A DNA stretch of 55,159 bases, filler included, from Basidiobolus ranarum (lineage: Eukaryota): NCBI GenBank assembly GCA_040143965.1. It is 3 parts of 3 records of this genome, joined end to end, with 100 filler letters (N's around TTAATTAATTAA, not from the genome) between each part and the next. Parts side by side here need not be neighbours in the genome. Positions count along the whole stretch, not along the records: positions 1 to 18,380 come from JASJQH010007153.1; 2 more parts are not named here. One strand, written 5' to 3'. Below, piece by piece: positions 1 to 12,688 of this stretch (positions are counted from its first letter, which is position 1; every line of letters starts with the position of its first letter). The notes under the pieces are model-generated. The model was given only the letters and a program-made list of their open reading frames with translations. It did no database searches and was not told the origin of the DNA. A program made the position numbers and the translations under genes.

Positions 1-46
1 TTCATTGTGACTGACATACAGTGTTCATTGTGACTGACATACAGTG
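1..46. repeat. 23-bp tandem direct repeat (TTCATTGTGACTGACATACAGTG x2), possibly truncated by the window edge
   Basis: Two identical units at 1-23 and 24-46. Confidence 0.85.
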
Positions 47-598
47 TTGTAAAGACTACATTTACTTGACCATATTCACATGATTGTGGTAACATGGATG
101 GGAAAAGTCACATGACACCATCAGTCGGAAATTAGGAATTCCGCTCATCAGGAATATATGAAGCAGGAATTTCTCGAATGATAAAGGAAACAAGATTAAC
201 TCAGTATCGTGTTAGATCACATGCATAACTAAGGAGGGAATTCCGAATGAACTAAATCATAATATTACAAGTTGTCTATTTTTCACTTACAAACTCTTCA
301 TGTGCAAATTGGAACATACTTAATCTGAACTTTAACTTTCTAACAATCATTATGTAGAAACCAGTTATATATATGCGTATGTACAATATGACCCATTATA
401 GCTGGAATTGGCTCGATAATTTGGATATAGTTATGGAAGTTCAATTCAAAGTATAAGAGACTAACTTCAAACAGAGCGTATGTATATATATATATTGCAA
501 AGGTTATTAAATAGTGAATGTATAGAGTACAAGTTTAAGGCATGTGGGTATATGCATGGATGTGTATCTATGTGTGAAAATGACATTTACCAAGAATA

Positions 599-1153
599 TC
601 AACGAGATACGGTTGAATCATGATCTCTGAGAAATTGTCGAGAACTTTTTAATTTAAGGTAAGGATTATGTCCAAGAACGTCTGCTCTGGTAGCCTCAGC
701 GGCAGTCATAATACGATGAATTACTTTTGGAGAAAAGCAAAGTTCATGACAGGCACGTTTGATGTTGGCTAAAAAAGCGTCAAAATGAACATCACTAAGG
801 TCCAACAAACGTTTATGTGCAGATCGCATCTTCACCGTATTCATGGGGTGACCACCCAAAATATGTACCAAGAAGCGAGTTTGCATGCGTTGTAGTCTTT
901 CAATATTAACTCCTTGAAAGAAATCTCGAGTAACATCGTCTTTCAAATTATAATTATAAAAAAGTCCCACCATTTGCTCCACTCTATGTTCCCCTAAGAG
1001 CTCTAGAAGTGATTCATCGTCAGCTGATGGTCGTTTTTCTGCCATTAATTCCATTTGTAAGGAACTAACTTGAGAGTAGCGAAGGTTCTCTTTAGGGCAA
1101 ACTAAAGGGGAGGGCGCCAGTCCCTCTTCAGTAGTGGTATGTGTTGGATTCAT
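599..1153 (-). CDS. Group I truncated (2/2) hemoglobin with an N-terminal extension, intronless
   Basis: Has B9-B10 FY, 'DFFQGVNIERLQRMQTRFL' (CD1 Phe, E7 Leu, E11 Gln), LGG, proximal His in 'MRSAHKRL' and 'HFDAFL', all typical of trHbN. Confidence 0.85.
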   Translation of the reverse strand: MNPTHTTTEEGLAPSPLVCPKENLRYSQVSSLQMELMAEKRPSADDESLLELLGEHRVEQMVGLFYNYNLKDDVTRDFFQGVNIERLQRMQTRFLVHILGGHPMNTVKMRSAHKRLLDLSDVHFDAFLANIKRACHELCFSPKVIHRIMTAAEATRADVLGHNPYLKLKSSRQFLRDHDSTVSR

Positions 1154-2208
1154 GAGGAACCAAATTTTAAGAGAAAGGAGAGTTTTTTTAAGAGTAACTT
1201 CGATCCAAAAAAGTCACTATGCTCCGCCATGAGACAAGGGTATTTTAACACAATTCGATGCGCAACTTTACCGGAATGTTGGGGTAACGTTAGGACTCCG
1301 TCGTGTGACTAATTTAAGGCTTTACAAAGCTCCCCATTATATTGTACTTTTTACGTTACAACCAAGTCCCCGAATCCACTCGATTTTTCATCCTTGGAAA
1401 CACCAAAGTCTGGACCTTCATACTCCTGGTGCAGCAATTAGCCTCGTTACCCAAGAGTGGTCACTTGATATACGAAATCAGAAGTCACACATAGTGCCCA
1501 TAGTTTATCAAAATCCCAAACAATTCCCTTATTTCCTACAATTTCAAATCATATTTCCCCATTTGTTGATTAATCGAATGATATCTATAATTAATTGAAT
1601 TTGTTGATCAAGCACAAATAATTCATAACCAGTTGCCGATGGTAATGCGAGCAGTTTTCGGGATTTTTCAGATTAATGTCTAAATCAGTATTAGAATATT
1701 TAACCATTGAGCCATTTAACTGGCAAAGAATGTGATTACCAAAATACCTATTATGAAACTGAAACTAACAAGAGAAACGGGCATATGAATATCATAACAA
1801 GATGTAGAGTCTATCTTTTCTTCGACGAAGGTACATGTGAAAATAATATCCCCATTTCTTCCAAGTCAACCATGATTTTCTATAGCTGAACAAATAATAT
1901 CATATCATATCAATGACATCATTTTGTTGAGAGACATTCTAATTCATTCTCATTGCACCCATAAATCTAACAAAATTTGAATATCAATGGCGGTTGGCCC
2001 ATTCAAAATATACAATTGTGAACAAACCATCACTTAAGCTATGTTCGAGTATACCATAACAAATATTCATTTAATGATAAAATGTGTTGGTACTAAAGAT
2101 ACGGAAAGTTATGAATAAAGATGCAAAGGAGTGTATGATCTGTGAGAGTAAAGAGGGATAGGTAACATTTGCAAGTCAAAGAGGAAAAGCGTCCACCTTT
2201 TTCTATTT

Positions 2209-2585
2209 CTAATTTTTAACTTTACCCGAAGTTCCAGAGTTCTTGGGGGCAGGTCTGGGCTTAGTGGGAATGATACCAGCCTAAAAAACCACGTCAATTT
2301 TAGTCACGACTGCAAAATTATTCACAAAGATTAACTCGAATATTTTACCTTAGAGAGAAGCTTCTGAACTGTGTCTGAAGGTTGAGCACCAACTGAAAGC
2401 CAGTATTTCACTCGCTCCATGTTCATACTGACATGCTTGATACCTTCAGTATCAGGAAGGGGATTGTAAGTACCAATTTGTTCCAAATGTCTGCGATCCC
2501 GTGGTGATTTTGCGTTGGCAACTACCAAGTGGTAGAATGGAAGGTTTTTACGACCAAGACGAGTAAGACGAATACGAACGACCAT
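2209..2585 (-). CDS. MRPS16: Mitochondrial ribosomal protein bS16m
   Basis: MVVRIRLTRLGRKNLPFYHLVVANAKSPRD...IGTYNP...YWLSVGAQPSDTV. Predicted exons 2585-2349 and 2280-2209, plus a probable 5'UTR intron ending at 2587. Confidence 0.93.
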
Positions 2586-3223
2586 ACTAAATATCAAGCG
2601 ATATAAAAATTAATACGCTATAAATAAGTGTCTCGGTGTGGTTATAGTATATTTCAAATGAAAGAGGGTGGATAATTTTTTGGGAAACTAAAATGATTTG
2701 GCTTTGCATACCTTTGAGAATAAACCGCTAATCCTTTTTGATAGAAAGTTTCGTGAAGGTGTTAGAGTGAACTGATTTCCTTCGAGTAGCCATAACTCAA
2801 CCTGAAAGAAATTTTCTCTATCGAATCAACATTTGGGACCCTATTTCCCATTCTCTACCCCAATTTTAAGAGGGCTTGGATCTAATTAAACCTTTAATAT
2901 TCAAAGATAAATTAAGCAATATTGTAATCAACTGACTCGATGCTTAACCAAGATTTAGCCACGTTTTGAAGATCTTTTATTGTACGAGAGCTAGTATGTA
3001 TATAAATAATATGCACATGCACAATAAAGATCTGAGGGATTTCTATTTGATAGTGGTTGGTTTCGAAGAAGCATCACTAAACTGGTTAATGAGAGTTGAA
3101 CTTCGCACGAATCAAACATGAATTCGTTAGAAGGATACTTGCCTTCGTACTGAAAGGCCAGGTTAATTCAAAAAGCGATATGAAAGATAGAGCATAGCAG
3201 GGATTCGTAATAGCACCAATAAT

Positions 3224-5494
3224 TTAAATATTAGCAAATTCAAGCCGGATTTTGCCATTTTTACAAGGGGAGCTGTGATTATTTGGTACTTTAACAGGAC
3301 TAGAATCTATGGAGTCGGGCTGTTCATAACGGCGTTTCGATGGACTCTTAAAGTTGTTGGGATAAGTATGCGCACAGTTTGGTTCAAGGTTTATGTCGGG
3401 TGATTCTGGCATCCGATTCTTGAAATTTTTTACAAGTTTTCTGAAAGCAATTTGTATTTGCTGAACCTGATTTAAATTATTACAAAGATTATTATACTGT
3501 CTACTACATTTGCATAATTATCAGAGAATGTATTTACCTTAGTTACATCTCGAGCGAATACGCGGATTACAATTTCTTCAAAATGTTCCGGAACTAGGTA
3601 GCTAACTTTAGTCTTTGGGACTGAAAACGCTTCTAGAAAGGGAACAGACATTACTAAACATATCTAGCTGAATGCAACTTTGATAGTACACTTTTTACCC
3701 TCGCCATTGAATCTAGAAAAAAACTTAATAGAATCCACCGGGTTTTGGTCCGTCTTCCCATAATTAATCGATAACCACTCTACGATAACATCGTCAATCT
3801 TTATACCATCCCCACTTTTCTGTTGAGAAACGATTTCTGCTTCGTTGACCATAGACTGACGATATTTAATTGAGAATCATTAGAGATAGTTCCAATTAAA
3901 TATGTGATTGGTGAGAGCCTGTACCTTAGTTAAATGCTGCTTGAGTTCACTTGGTATTATGAATTCATCCACAAATTTGTATAGTTGTCGCTGTCTGATT
4001 CGTTTGAGAATTTGCCGAGCTGGTAGAAGCTCCTATTCGTATACACAGGTGAAGTCAATACTTGCTTATCATAGATCTATATGCTTCTGAATCTTACATC
4101 TGTCTTGGACTTTTCAATTTGCTTCAAGACGTCATCAGTAAGGTGTAGGTAGTCATATGGATTATCGATGGCTTTAGAAATGTGAAGGTATGGGTCGGCG
4201 GCAATCATGACATCGGTTAGCATACATTCAATTGATTTACCTTTCCAAAGTAACAAGAGAGGTCGGTTAATATGGGAGTTAATTGAGCCTACTAAACTGA
4301 TATTTACCCACACGATGAGTATATATTCTTTTAAAGAGGCTGTATCTAGTGTGGAACATTTCATAGATGTTATAAACCTCCTTGTGATGAAAACAAATCT
4401 GATTGTCAATTACTCGACTGAAAGTCATCAATCTGAAATACCAATTAAAAAACCGATTAAGTGAAAAGCAATAGATATAACGGATGTTCTTGTTTGTACC
4501 TTGAGGAATCGTAACTACTTTTTATACCGAGGTTGTAACAGTCGCGCTCTATGTAGTCAAATTTATCAACATCAACAGAGTTTCTTTTATTCGCGACTAT
4601 GTCGAACAGGAAGCGCTTTTCATGTTGCTGGCTTGAGAACAGTCAATGAATTCATTAGAAACAATACACCTATCTAAATGGCAAGTTAAACCTCTTACCT
4701 AACTGATCTCGACTCACCAATGATAAGGTCCTTAATGAAGTCAACCTCTTGCTTATCAATATCGATGTAATTCTCTTCAATCAAGTTCTCTAGCATCATT
4801 TCAGAAGCTTGCTCATGAGACCAGACAATACCAGGTCTTCGGTTCAAAATTTGAGATGTGAAATATTTTTAGTAATTCGTAGAGACTAAGGATATAGAAG
4901 TAAGTAAGACTTACCGAGCTCGGGGAATAAATTCATTATCAAAGAGGTGGCTGAATGGTCCATGCCCTAAAGGAGGAACTCTATTCAATATCCGTATTAA
5001 TGTAAGACTATCCAACTTCGCATTCAATCCCTACCTAGGTCATGACATAACCCAGCCAATTTGACACACTTGACATCCTGCTCGTTAATCTCCAATTCTG
5101 GTTGGCTAGTTTGCAATCTTTCTATAAGATTTCCCGCAAGGTGAGAAACACCTGAAAGTAAGTTGGCTTAATAAAAAAGGTAATATTATACAAAAAAAAT
5201 GCTTGGTTTATATCAAACATACCAATGGAATGTTCGAAACGATTATGACTAGCTCCAGGAAAAACGAAATATGCTGGACCAACTTGTTTGAGGTCACGTA
5301 GTCGTTGAAATTGCTCGGTGTCAATCACGTCTAAGCAATATTCGTTGATATTAATGTAGCCCTATTATATAGAACATATATATAAATAACGTAATAAGAT
5401 TAACGGAGAAACAAAATCCACTTTTTCATTTTAATTGCAACTTCCAACCTACATGTATAGGGTCGTTAACGAATTTAGTTAGGTTGGTATCCAT
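3224..5494 (-). CDS. SAMHD1-like HD-domain dNTP triphosphohydrolase (multi-exon, no SAM domain)
   Basis: Spliced reading gives [61 protein letters not shown] and RQLYK. Confidence 0.9.
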
Positions 5495-6430
5495 GTTCAA
5501 TTTTAGGTAGTATTCTCGAGTATTTGAGGTAGAAGATAGGTCAGTATAGTGTAAGGAGTATCAAAAGAAGCTCTAGAAGTTTAGGGGAATGGTCAAGTTG
5601 GTACTTTGTACGCCAAATCAAGTTCCGATTGAAAGTATCGACAAATTGAACAAGCTTGACTGCTTTTGTCACTATCTTCAGTTTATAAATGGGGTTGTGC
5701 TGGTTGTGGAGGCTGTGATTAAATGCTTATATATATATATATATATATATAAACCTATTACCAAAGACTACATGCATTTAGTCATCAGACAATAAATTTA
5801 TGAAGCTACCCAATTACATCTTTACAAGCTTAGGCACATCGATTTTCCATTTTAGAAAGAAGTTATTGCTATAGCTTAATTCATTGCAACCAGTCCTCAT
5901 ACTGCCAGTAATATCTGGAGATGAAACGCAGTAAGTTGGTTAATCATAGCACAGGCTAAAGCGATGTTTCAAGTTTTTTATAAGAATTGCAAGTTTACTC
6001 AAGTGGGGTTACTGGTTTGAATATATAAACGAGCAAAAATCGGCATTCGGGACGCAAGTGCGTGGGTAGATCGATAAAGTAGTGCAGTATACTTACGTAG
6101 GTGCAAATTTTAAAGTAACTATTTCATTTGTAATGAGGGTCGATTGAATTGAATTTGCTTTTTTTCCTCAGTTTGGAACGGTTATAAGCGAAAAGGATCA
6201 ACTGTTGTTATTTCTACAGTTAAAACCAATGAGAAAGGGGTCGAGAAACCCAGAATCTACCTAGTCCTCTCACATGGATGCTACATTTCTATTTATTAGT
6301 GACTGGTTATCTACAGGTGAGACACTAATGTCGATTAGATCACGTCAACTAGCAAGGTTTATATAAAAGCCACAAGTTCCATATTGATACAGTTTATTGA
6401 CCACCTTGCCTTTATTTCGTATCTCAAAGT

Positions 6431-8039
6431 ATGTATCCCAAGTGTTTACTCATCTATCTTGCTTTGTCTCTCACTCTTGGTCATGTGGTTGCCCAATCAG
6501 AGCCAGGAGAACCCAGTAAAAGTAGCTCTGACGATCTCTTTAGCCTTCATAAACAACTTGTTGATATTGAGTCGATCTCTGGTAGCGAAGCTAAGGTAGG
6601 GGATTTCTTGGTTTCGTATTTACAAAGCCACGGTTGGACGGTAGAGAAACAGAGTGTAAATGGGCCACGATTCAACATATTTGCATATACTGGAAACAAT
6701 AATCCTAAAGTGATACTAAACAGCCATTTTGATACTGGTATGAATGATTCTTATCCACTTTGCTACACCATCATTGGTAAACTAATCAACTGGTTCTTTA
6801 TTTGTGTGACGAATTGGTCGTTGCTTATTGTCTATGTTTATCCTACCAGTACCCCCCTACATTCCCTACAAAGTCGAAGGAGATAAAATATATGGTCGTG
6901 GTACAAATGATGCTAAAGGCTCTATCGCTTCTCAGATAATGGCGCTTAAGGAACTGCGTCGTGAGTCACCAGACTTGGCCAACGAAGTTGGGTAAAGTGT
7001 TTAGTTTCTCGAATTGGTATTTTACATTATGAAGCATTCAGGCTAATATTGAAAAGGTTATTATATGTTGTTGGGGAGGAATCTGACTGTTCTGGGATCA
7101 CAAAAGCGAATGAGGTAAGCAACAGTATCCTGGTCACTCAAACTGCTGAATAGCCACCTGACTTGCATCATAATGTCTAGCTTCCCCTTACTCCAGAAGC
7201 ATTTATTATTGGCGAACCGACAGAAAATAAGTTGGCTCTGGGTCATAAAGGAAGACTAGGTTTTCAAGTCATAAGTGAAGGTTGGTCTAAACTATCCACC
7301 CATGATGCATTAGAAATAGCTGAACTGAGGTTGAATAGGTGTTGCTGCGCATTCTGGCTACCCCGAACTTGGAAGATCAGCTATCACTCAACTAGTCAAT
7401 GTCGCAAGTGTGTTGAATAGTATTGTAAGCACCTATTTAGGCCAGACGAAAGATACGAGTATCTGCTAACGAAGGTTAATTAACCCCTTAGGTGTTCCCA
7501 GGATCACATCCAATCCTTGGTAGCGACACTCTAAATATTGGACTGATTCAAGGAGGTGTAGCAGCAAATGTAGTCCCAGCATCTGCTAATTTAACTGTTG
7601 GTATTAGAATTGCTACTAACCCCATGGAAGTATGGGAGACTGTTCAGAAAATTGTCGGAAATCCGTTGGGTATAACTTTGAAGCTGACAAGTGCTAAAGA
7701 AAGTGTTCTTCTTGATACGGTGGAAGGTTTTGAAACCATGGTGGCTAAATATGGCACTGGTATAGGTCAATCATGCTATTCTATTTCGGTATCCTATCTA
7801 ATGTGATGCTTGTGTAGATTACAACTGCTATAGTGGCAAAGCCAAGAAGAAATTCCTGATAGGACCAGGTAAAGTACTATTTCGACTTGGCTAGGAATTA
7901 GTGGACTGATGATATTTCTGTGATAGGGTCTATTCTTGTTGCACATACCCCCAACGAGTACATTTTGAAGAGTGATTTGATCACTGCCGTTGAACTCTAC
8001 AAAAAACTCATCATTCGATTGTTAAATCCCAAAATGTAA
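6431..8039 (+). CDS. Secreted M20-family metallohydrolase (acetylornithine deacetylase-like), multi-exon
   Basis: Signal peptide, then ESISGSE, NSHFDT, GRGTNDAKG, VGEE, GEPT, AAHSG, NIGLIQGGVAANVVP and AHTPNE across exons. Confidence 0.88.
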
Positions 8040-8236
8040 AACACCAGTTATTCGTCCATTTATCGCCCTTTCAAAGCCCCATTTTCGACAGTCAGCGTGT
8101 GAGTTTTTGAAACGTCTCTTAGAACGGATAAAGTAATCATATATAAATAATAGATACAGTGCCTAAGCTTATCAATTTTCCTAACTACTAGGTAGATGGC
8201 GTTTATACCATTGTAGCTTCATAAGCCAAGGACAGT

Positions 8237-10275
8237 TTATTGAGTTTTTTTTTTGGACTTGACAGACATAATAAGTTGTCTATAATTGAAATAGATCCAG
8301 AAGATGGTAAACATCCCACAAGAATATACAACATTCAACATGGTAAACAAATCTGGGTATTTGTTTGGCGGGGTAACCAAGAATTCGGCCACATGTATTA
8401 TTAACATTAATACATAACTCAACTAAAAATCATTTCGTTAAAAATAAATCAGAGAAATAACTATCGAAATTCTTCTTACCGAAACCAGAATCCGAGTTTT
8501 TCCCTTGGGATTCCCAATGAAATTACCTAACCAATTCCATAATCCCAACATAATGAAATATGGAATGATCAATCCATCACGCTTCAGTAGTGGGAACATG
8601 CTAATTATCAAAAGGATTCATATTAGTTCATTCAAAAAAGGAAACCACTTCCTGTTCATTTTCTTACCTAAATGTGGCAACGTTGATAAACCAGGGTACC
8701 ATTACGGGTTCATCGAAGATTAACATAGTGATGGGTAGAGCAGGCAAGAGAATCGTCTTTTCGTGAACTTGGAAAGAGAACAAGAAGAATGATAAGGAAA
8801 CGACGCATAAAGAATAGATCAAACGATTCTTTCTTGGGTTCATTAGAACGTTGACAAATGAAGGTGCTGAGGACACCAACGTAGTAACCGCACTACAGAA
8901 TTAAGTCAGTGAGTTTATAATTGATGAATGTTATATGACGATATATGGTACCTGATTTGAACCAATCGATCAAGGGTGAATAGTGATCGAAGCTTGATGA
9001 AGATACTTAGAGCACACCAGACATTTGCCACTTTGTCTTCATAAAGACCTCTAGCAACTGGAAAGACTCGATGAACCACTTGAAGTATGTCACTTGCAGA
9101 AGTGAAAAAAGGAGCTAAACAAAGACCGAAAACCAATATTACAGTAATCCCGAGTTTAACTAGAAGATAAATTCTTGAAGAAAATTAGATTCAAGTCAAG
9201 CGAGTGAAAGAGAAAGTAGCAGATTTACCCGTTCATTCGGCCCTTTATACATTTTCCAAGGAGGTAAGCGAATATAGGCAAAGCGTAATACAATGACATT
9301 TGTTTGAAACTCAAGGCTAGACAAAACATAACACTACCGACGACATCAAAGTCATGTAAAAAGCAAACGATAGCCCAGGCAGTAAATCCAAGCATAATTG
9401 AGTTATATCTGGTTGAGTTAAAGAGTCTCACAATTAAACGTTTCGTAATCCAAAGTTGCCACATTCGATAGAAAAGGATACTGGAAATGGCCATTATCAA
9501 TTAAGATCAATGCTGGTTGTAGTAATACCAACAATAAACCAGCATTCTAAAGGAAATATGATAAGGATGGGTTTAGAGTTAACAAGATTCTTCAAGCTCA
9601 TATCGAATTTTTGTACTTACCCTAACGCTCCAACTTGCGTGTTTAGCTTGATATTTATAGAAAAATATCATAGCTGGTATATATATTAAATATTCAAAGA
9701 AAATGACTGTAGTACGCATGTAAAGTTTACTCTCGGGCGATTCGTAACCACGAGATTCATCAAGTAAGAACCACTCTGGGTTGATATATTGGCCTCTAAA
9801 TAACGTCAAAGAAATCGGCGCAAGCTCAATTAAAACTTCGTTCAGGAGGGATTTGAGCGAAATAAAGCCACTTACACGTATCCACATATCCAGCTTACAT
9901 ATGCTGTAAGTGGAGGGTAGTCTAAGCCCCAATATTGAAGATCATATCGGTACCATTGTGAGATGGGTAAATGAAGTGTAATCTCCATCCAATGTCGTTG
10001 AGCTTCATAATCTCCAAATAAAGGAGGAGTAGCATGACCTGTAAAAACCAAGTAGAAGTAAGATTCAGGTCGAATAGTACTCAGTAACCAAAGGATTCAA
10101 GATTTTATGGCTCTACATTTTTTAAAATAATATTACCAGAATAAGAATTTAAACCAATCGTCCAACGCACGTAAAAAGCAAACGATAATGTACTCAGAAG
10201 GCCTAAAATGCGCAAACCCTGTCCATCTAGAAACTGAAACCACCTCAATGAAGGAGAAGAGTGTACTACGCTCAT
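8237..10275 (-). CDS. ALG6: Dolichyl-P-Glc:Man9GlcNAc2-PP-dolichol alpha-1,3-glucosyltransferase, multi-exon
   Basis: [84 protein letters not shown] and a C-terminal KKxx motif. Confidence 0.92.
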
Positions 10276-10628
10276 GATCAAGGTAGTGTTACAGGTTCTG
10301 TTGACTTAGTCAGAACCTTTATAGCTCTGACAATAACAAGAGCCAAAATCGGAAATTGGTATGGATTTTATCAGTTCCATTGATATTTTCCACCAGTAAT
10401 TCCATCACATATGTATTGTAAGTCCGATCGAGGACAATATGAAGATTTAATACTGATATTATATGGATGCATATATACTAGTAAAGCAAGCAAATGAAGA
10501 ACGTTCAATCATAGATATAATGAACAGTGATGGATGAAAAGAGAACAACTAAAGATAAATTTAAGCTTCGTTTATTTGGTTGAAACGATTTTTCGATTAT
10601 CTTTCTAAGAGTTGAGAAATCGGGATGT

Positions 10629-11060
10629 TTAAACTCTCTTGGCAACTTGAGAGCTAATACGATCAAGATCACGTTGACCGTCAACTGTGAGTTTACGACC
10701 ACCGGTGGCATTTTGTTCAACAATACCGAGCTTCTCAAGAGATTGAAGAGCCTTACGGTTGACAGAGCCGGAACCATCAGCGTGATGGGAAGGTCTGGAA
10801 CCACGGTTCTTGCTTCCACCGTGAAGACGTCTCAAGTGACCAACACCAACACTCTTGTGGAGGTAGACATGACGAGCAATGGAGGCAGCTCTAACATAGA
10901 ACCAGTCTTGGTTGTAGGGACCCAATTCCTTGTAGGTGGCAGTTTTGGCAAGATCAACCCACTTAGGGATTTCGAGCTTACCACTACGCTTCAAGTGAGC
11001 GGCGTAGGCCTTAATGAACTCATGAGCGTTGACGTCCTTTACAGTGATACCACCAGCCAT
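10629..11060 (-). CDS. RPS19: 40S ribosomal protein eS19
   Basis: Full-length match to the family (TVKDV...KRSGKLEIPKWVD...WFYVRAAS...GQRDLDRI). Probable 5'UTR intron at about 11061-11166. Confidence 0.97.
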   Translation of the reverse strand: MAGGITVKDVNAHEFIKAYAAHLKRSGKLEIPKWVDLAKTATYKELGPYNQDWFYVRAASIARHVYLHKSVGVGHLRRLHGGSKNRGSRPSHHADGSGSVNRKALQSLEKLGIVEQNATGGRKLTVDGQRDLDRISSQVAKRV

Positions 11061-11571
11061 CTAGAGTGAAAAATCAACAGTTAGCTCTATGTCATCTTCA
11101 AGTGGATTCCAACCAAGCAAGGTTGATGAACGTTTCTACGCATTGCGATGAAATACATCTACTGACCTTTAATGTAGTCCTTGTTAGGGGAAAGAGAAAG
11201 ATTCACTAATCAACCTACTCTCCTTATACTCAAAACGAAAAAATTCCCTCCGTCAGTATGATTGGCGGAGAGTAATCGTAACAGATCACATGACTTGCTG
11301 AAATAGCAAACTTTGATACTTGACTAAAAATTAGAGTGGAGCTATATATACACTATATACACACTATATGCGCACAATATACACTTAATAAGAGTTAATC
11401 TAAACAAGGTTGATGAGCTCAAAATCAGTAGAGTTCTTTCGAAATCCTGATCCATGGACCCGGGCAAAATTTAACGAACGGGGGAGAGGGGGAGATTCAA
11501 ACGGTTGAATAAAACTGATGACTTAAACAAATAGCCACCTCCTTTCTCACTTGGTGTTGTAGACGTTAAAG

Positions 11572-12138
11572 ATGGTAAGAACCGAGTTAAAATTATGATG
11601 GATGGATATCGTAAATTCGATCGATGTAGTTTTCGCATGCACAATATCACTGAGTACTAAGTTCCTTCATTTTTAGTCTCTCGTCGTCCCTGATAAGAAC
11701 CAATTCCAGCACATTATTCGTCTCCTCAATACCAATATTGAAGGTAGAACCAAGGTTGTATTTGCCTTGACTGCCATCAAGGGTGTGGGTAGACGTTATT
11801 CCACCATGGTTTGCAAGAAGGCCGATATTGACCTTACCAAGCGTGCTGGTGAATTGACTAACGAAGAATTGGAACGTATTGTCACAATCATTCAAAACCC
11901 TCTTCAATACAAGATTCCCAAATGGTTCCTTAACAGACAAAAGGATATTGTTGATGGAAAATACACCCAAGTTCTTGCTAACGGTCTTGATAACAAGTTC
12001 CGTGAAGATTTGGAGCGTATGAAGAAGATTCGTGCTCATCGTGGTCTTCGTCACTACTGGGGTCTCCGTGTCCGTGGTCAACATACCAAGACTACTGGCA
12101 GAAGAGGAAGAACCGTTGGTGTCTCCAAGAAGAAATAA
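11572..12138 (+). CDS. RPS18: 40S ribosomal protein uS13
   Basis: ATG-only first exon (11572-11574) and intron to 11676, then [21 protein letters not shown]...[24 protein letters not shown]. Confidence 0.97.
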
Positions 12139-12688
12139 ATTTCTCGTTGATTACCTTGACCTCCTCACCTCTGTTTCTATATTTCTTCTTCAAAGAAGTA
12201 GAATCGGACGTGCCTGTTCGATATGTTTTTTCAAGCTTACATGCTTAATCTCTTGTCTATTAATCGTCAATGAATAAAATCATTTGAGATACTATGTAGT
12301 AATGATTATGATGCAGGCCATAATGTGCTAAATACGACCAATCCACTGATCGGGATTTGGGCTTACAAGAGCTTGTCTATTAGATACGTTGCCAGTGTGA
12401 CCTATGAATTACTCAGCGAGTTCCCCAAAAAGGTCAACAGAATTCATGTATGACGATTAACTTGATCAATGATCAATACAATGATACCCCACCTTGTGAT
12501 TCCCTGATATTACAATAGTTTTCTCTGAGCTTTCCGACGGCATTTGTTCGTAGTCCCTCAAATAACTTGGTTTGAATAGGTCGAGGTAAAGATTTTATTT
12601 AAAGGTTTTGTTTTATTTGCCTGAACAACAACCGAGTGTTAAACATTATTCTCTCAGTTTTTACATTGTATCTTTTCATATAACCTGA

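Noticed and set aside
6-36. TGTGACTG (Homol D-like) within the 23-bp repeat
   Set aside because: At the window edge with no visible linked gene; could be chance.
5727-5751. (AT)n runs and the GATGTG repeat at about 18837
   Set aside because: Ordinary microsatellites.
11595-11653. ATGATGG...CTGA in the RPS18 intron as a C/D snoRNA
   Set aside because: The putative D box abuts the branch site, there is no terminal stem, and I recognise no rRNA guide.
10647-12084. Long antisense ORFs over RPS19 and RPS18 (also over RPS26, MRPL12 and the exchanger)
   Set aside because: Shadow ORFs caused by codon bias of the real genes.
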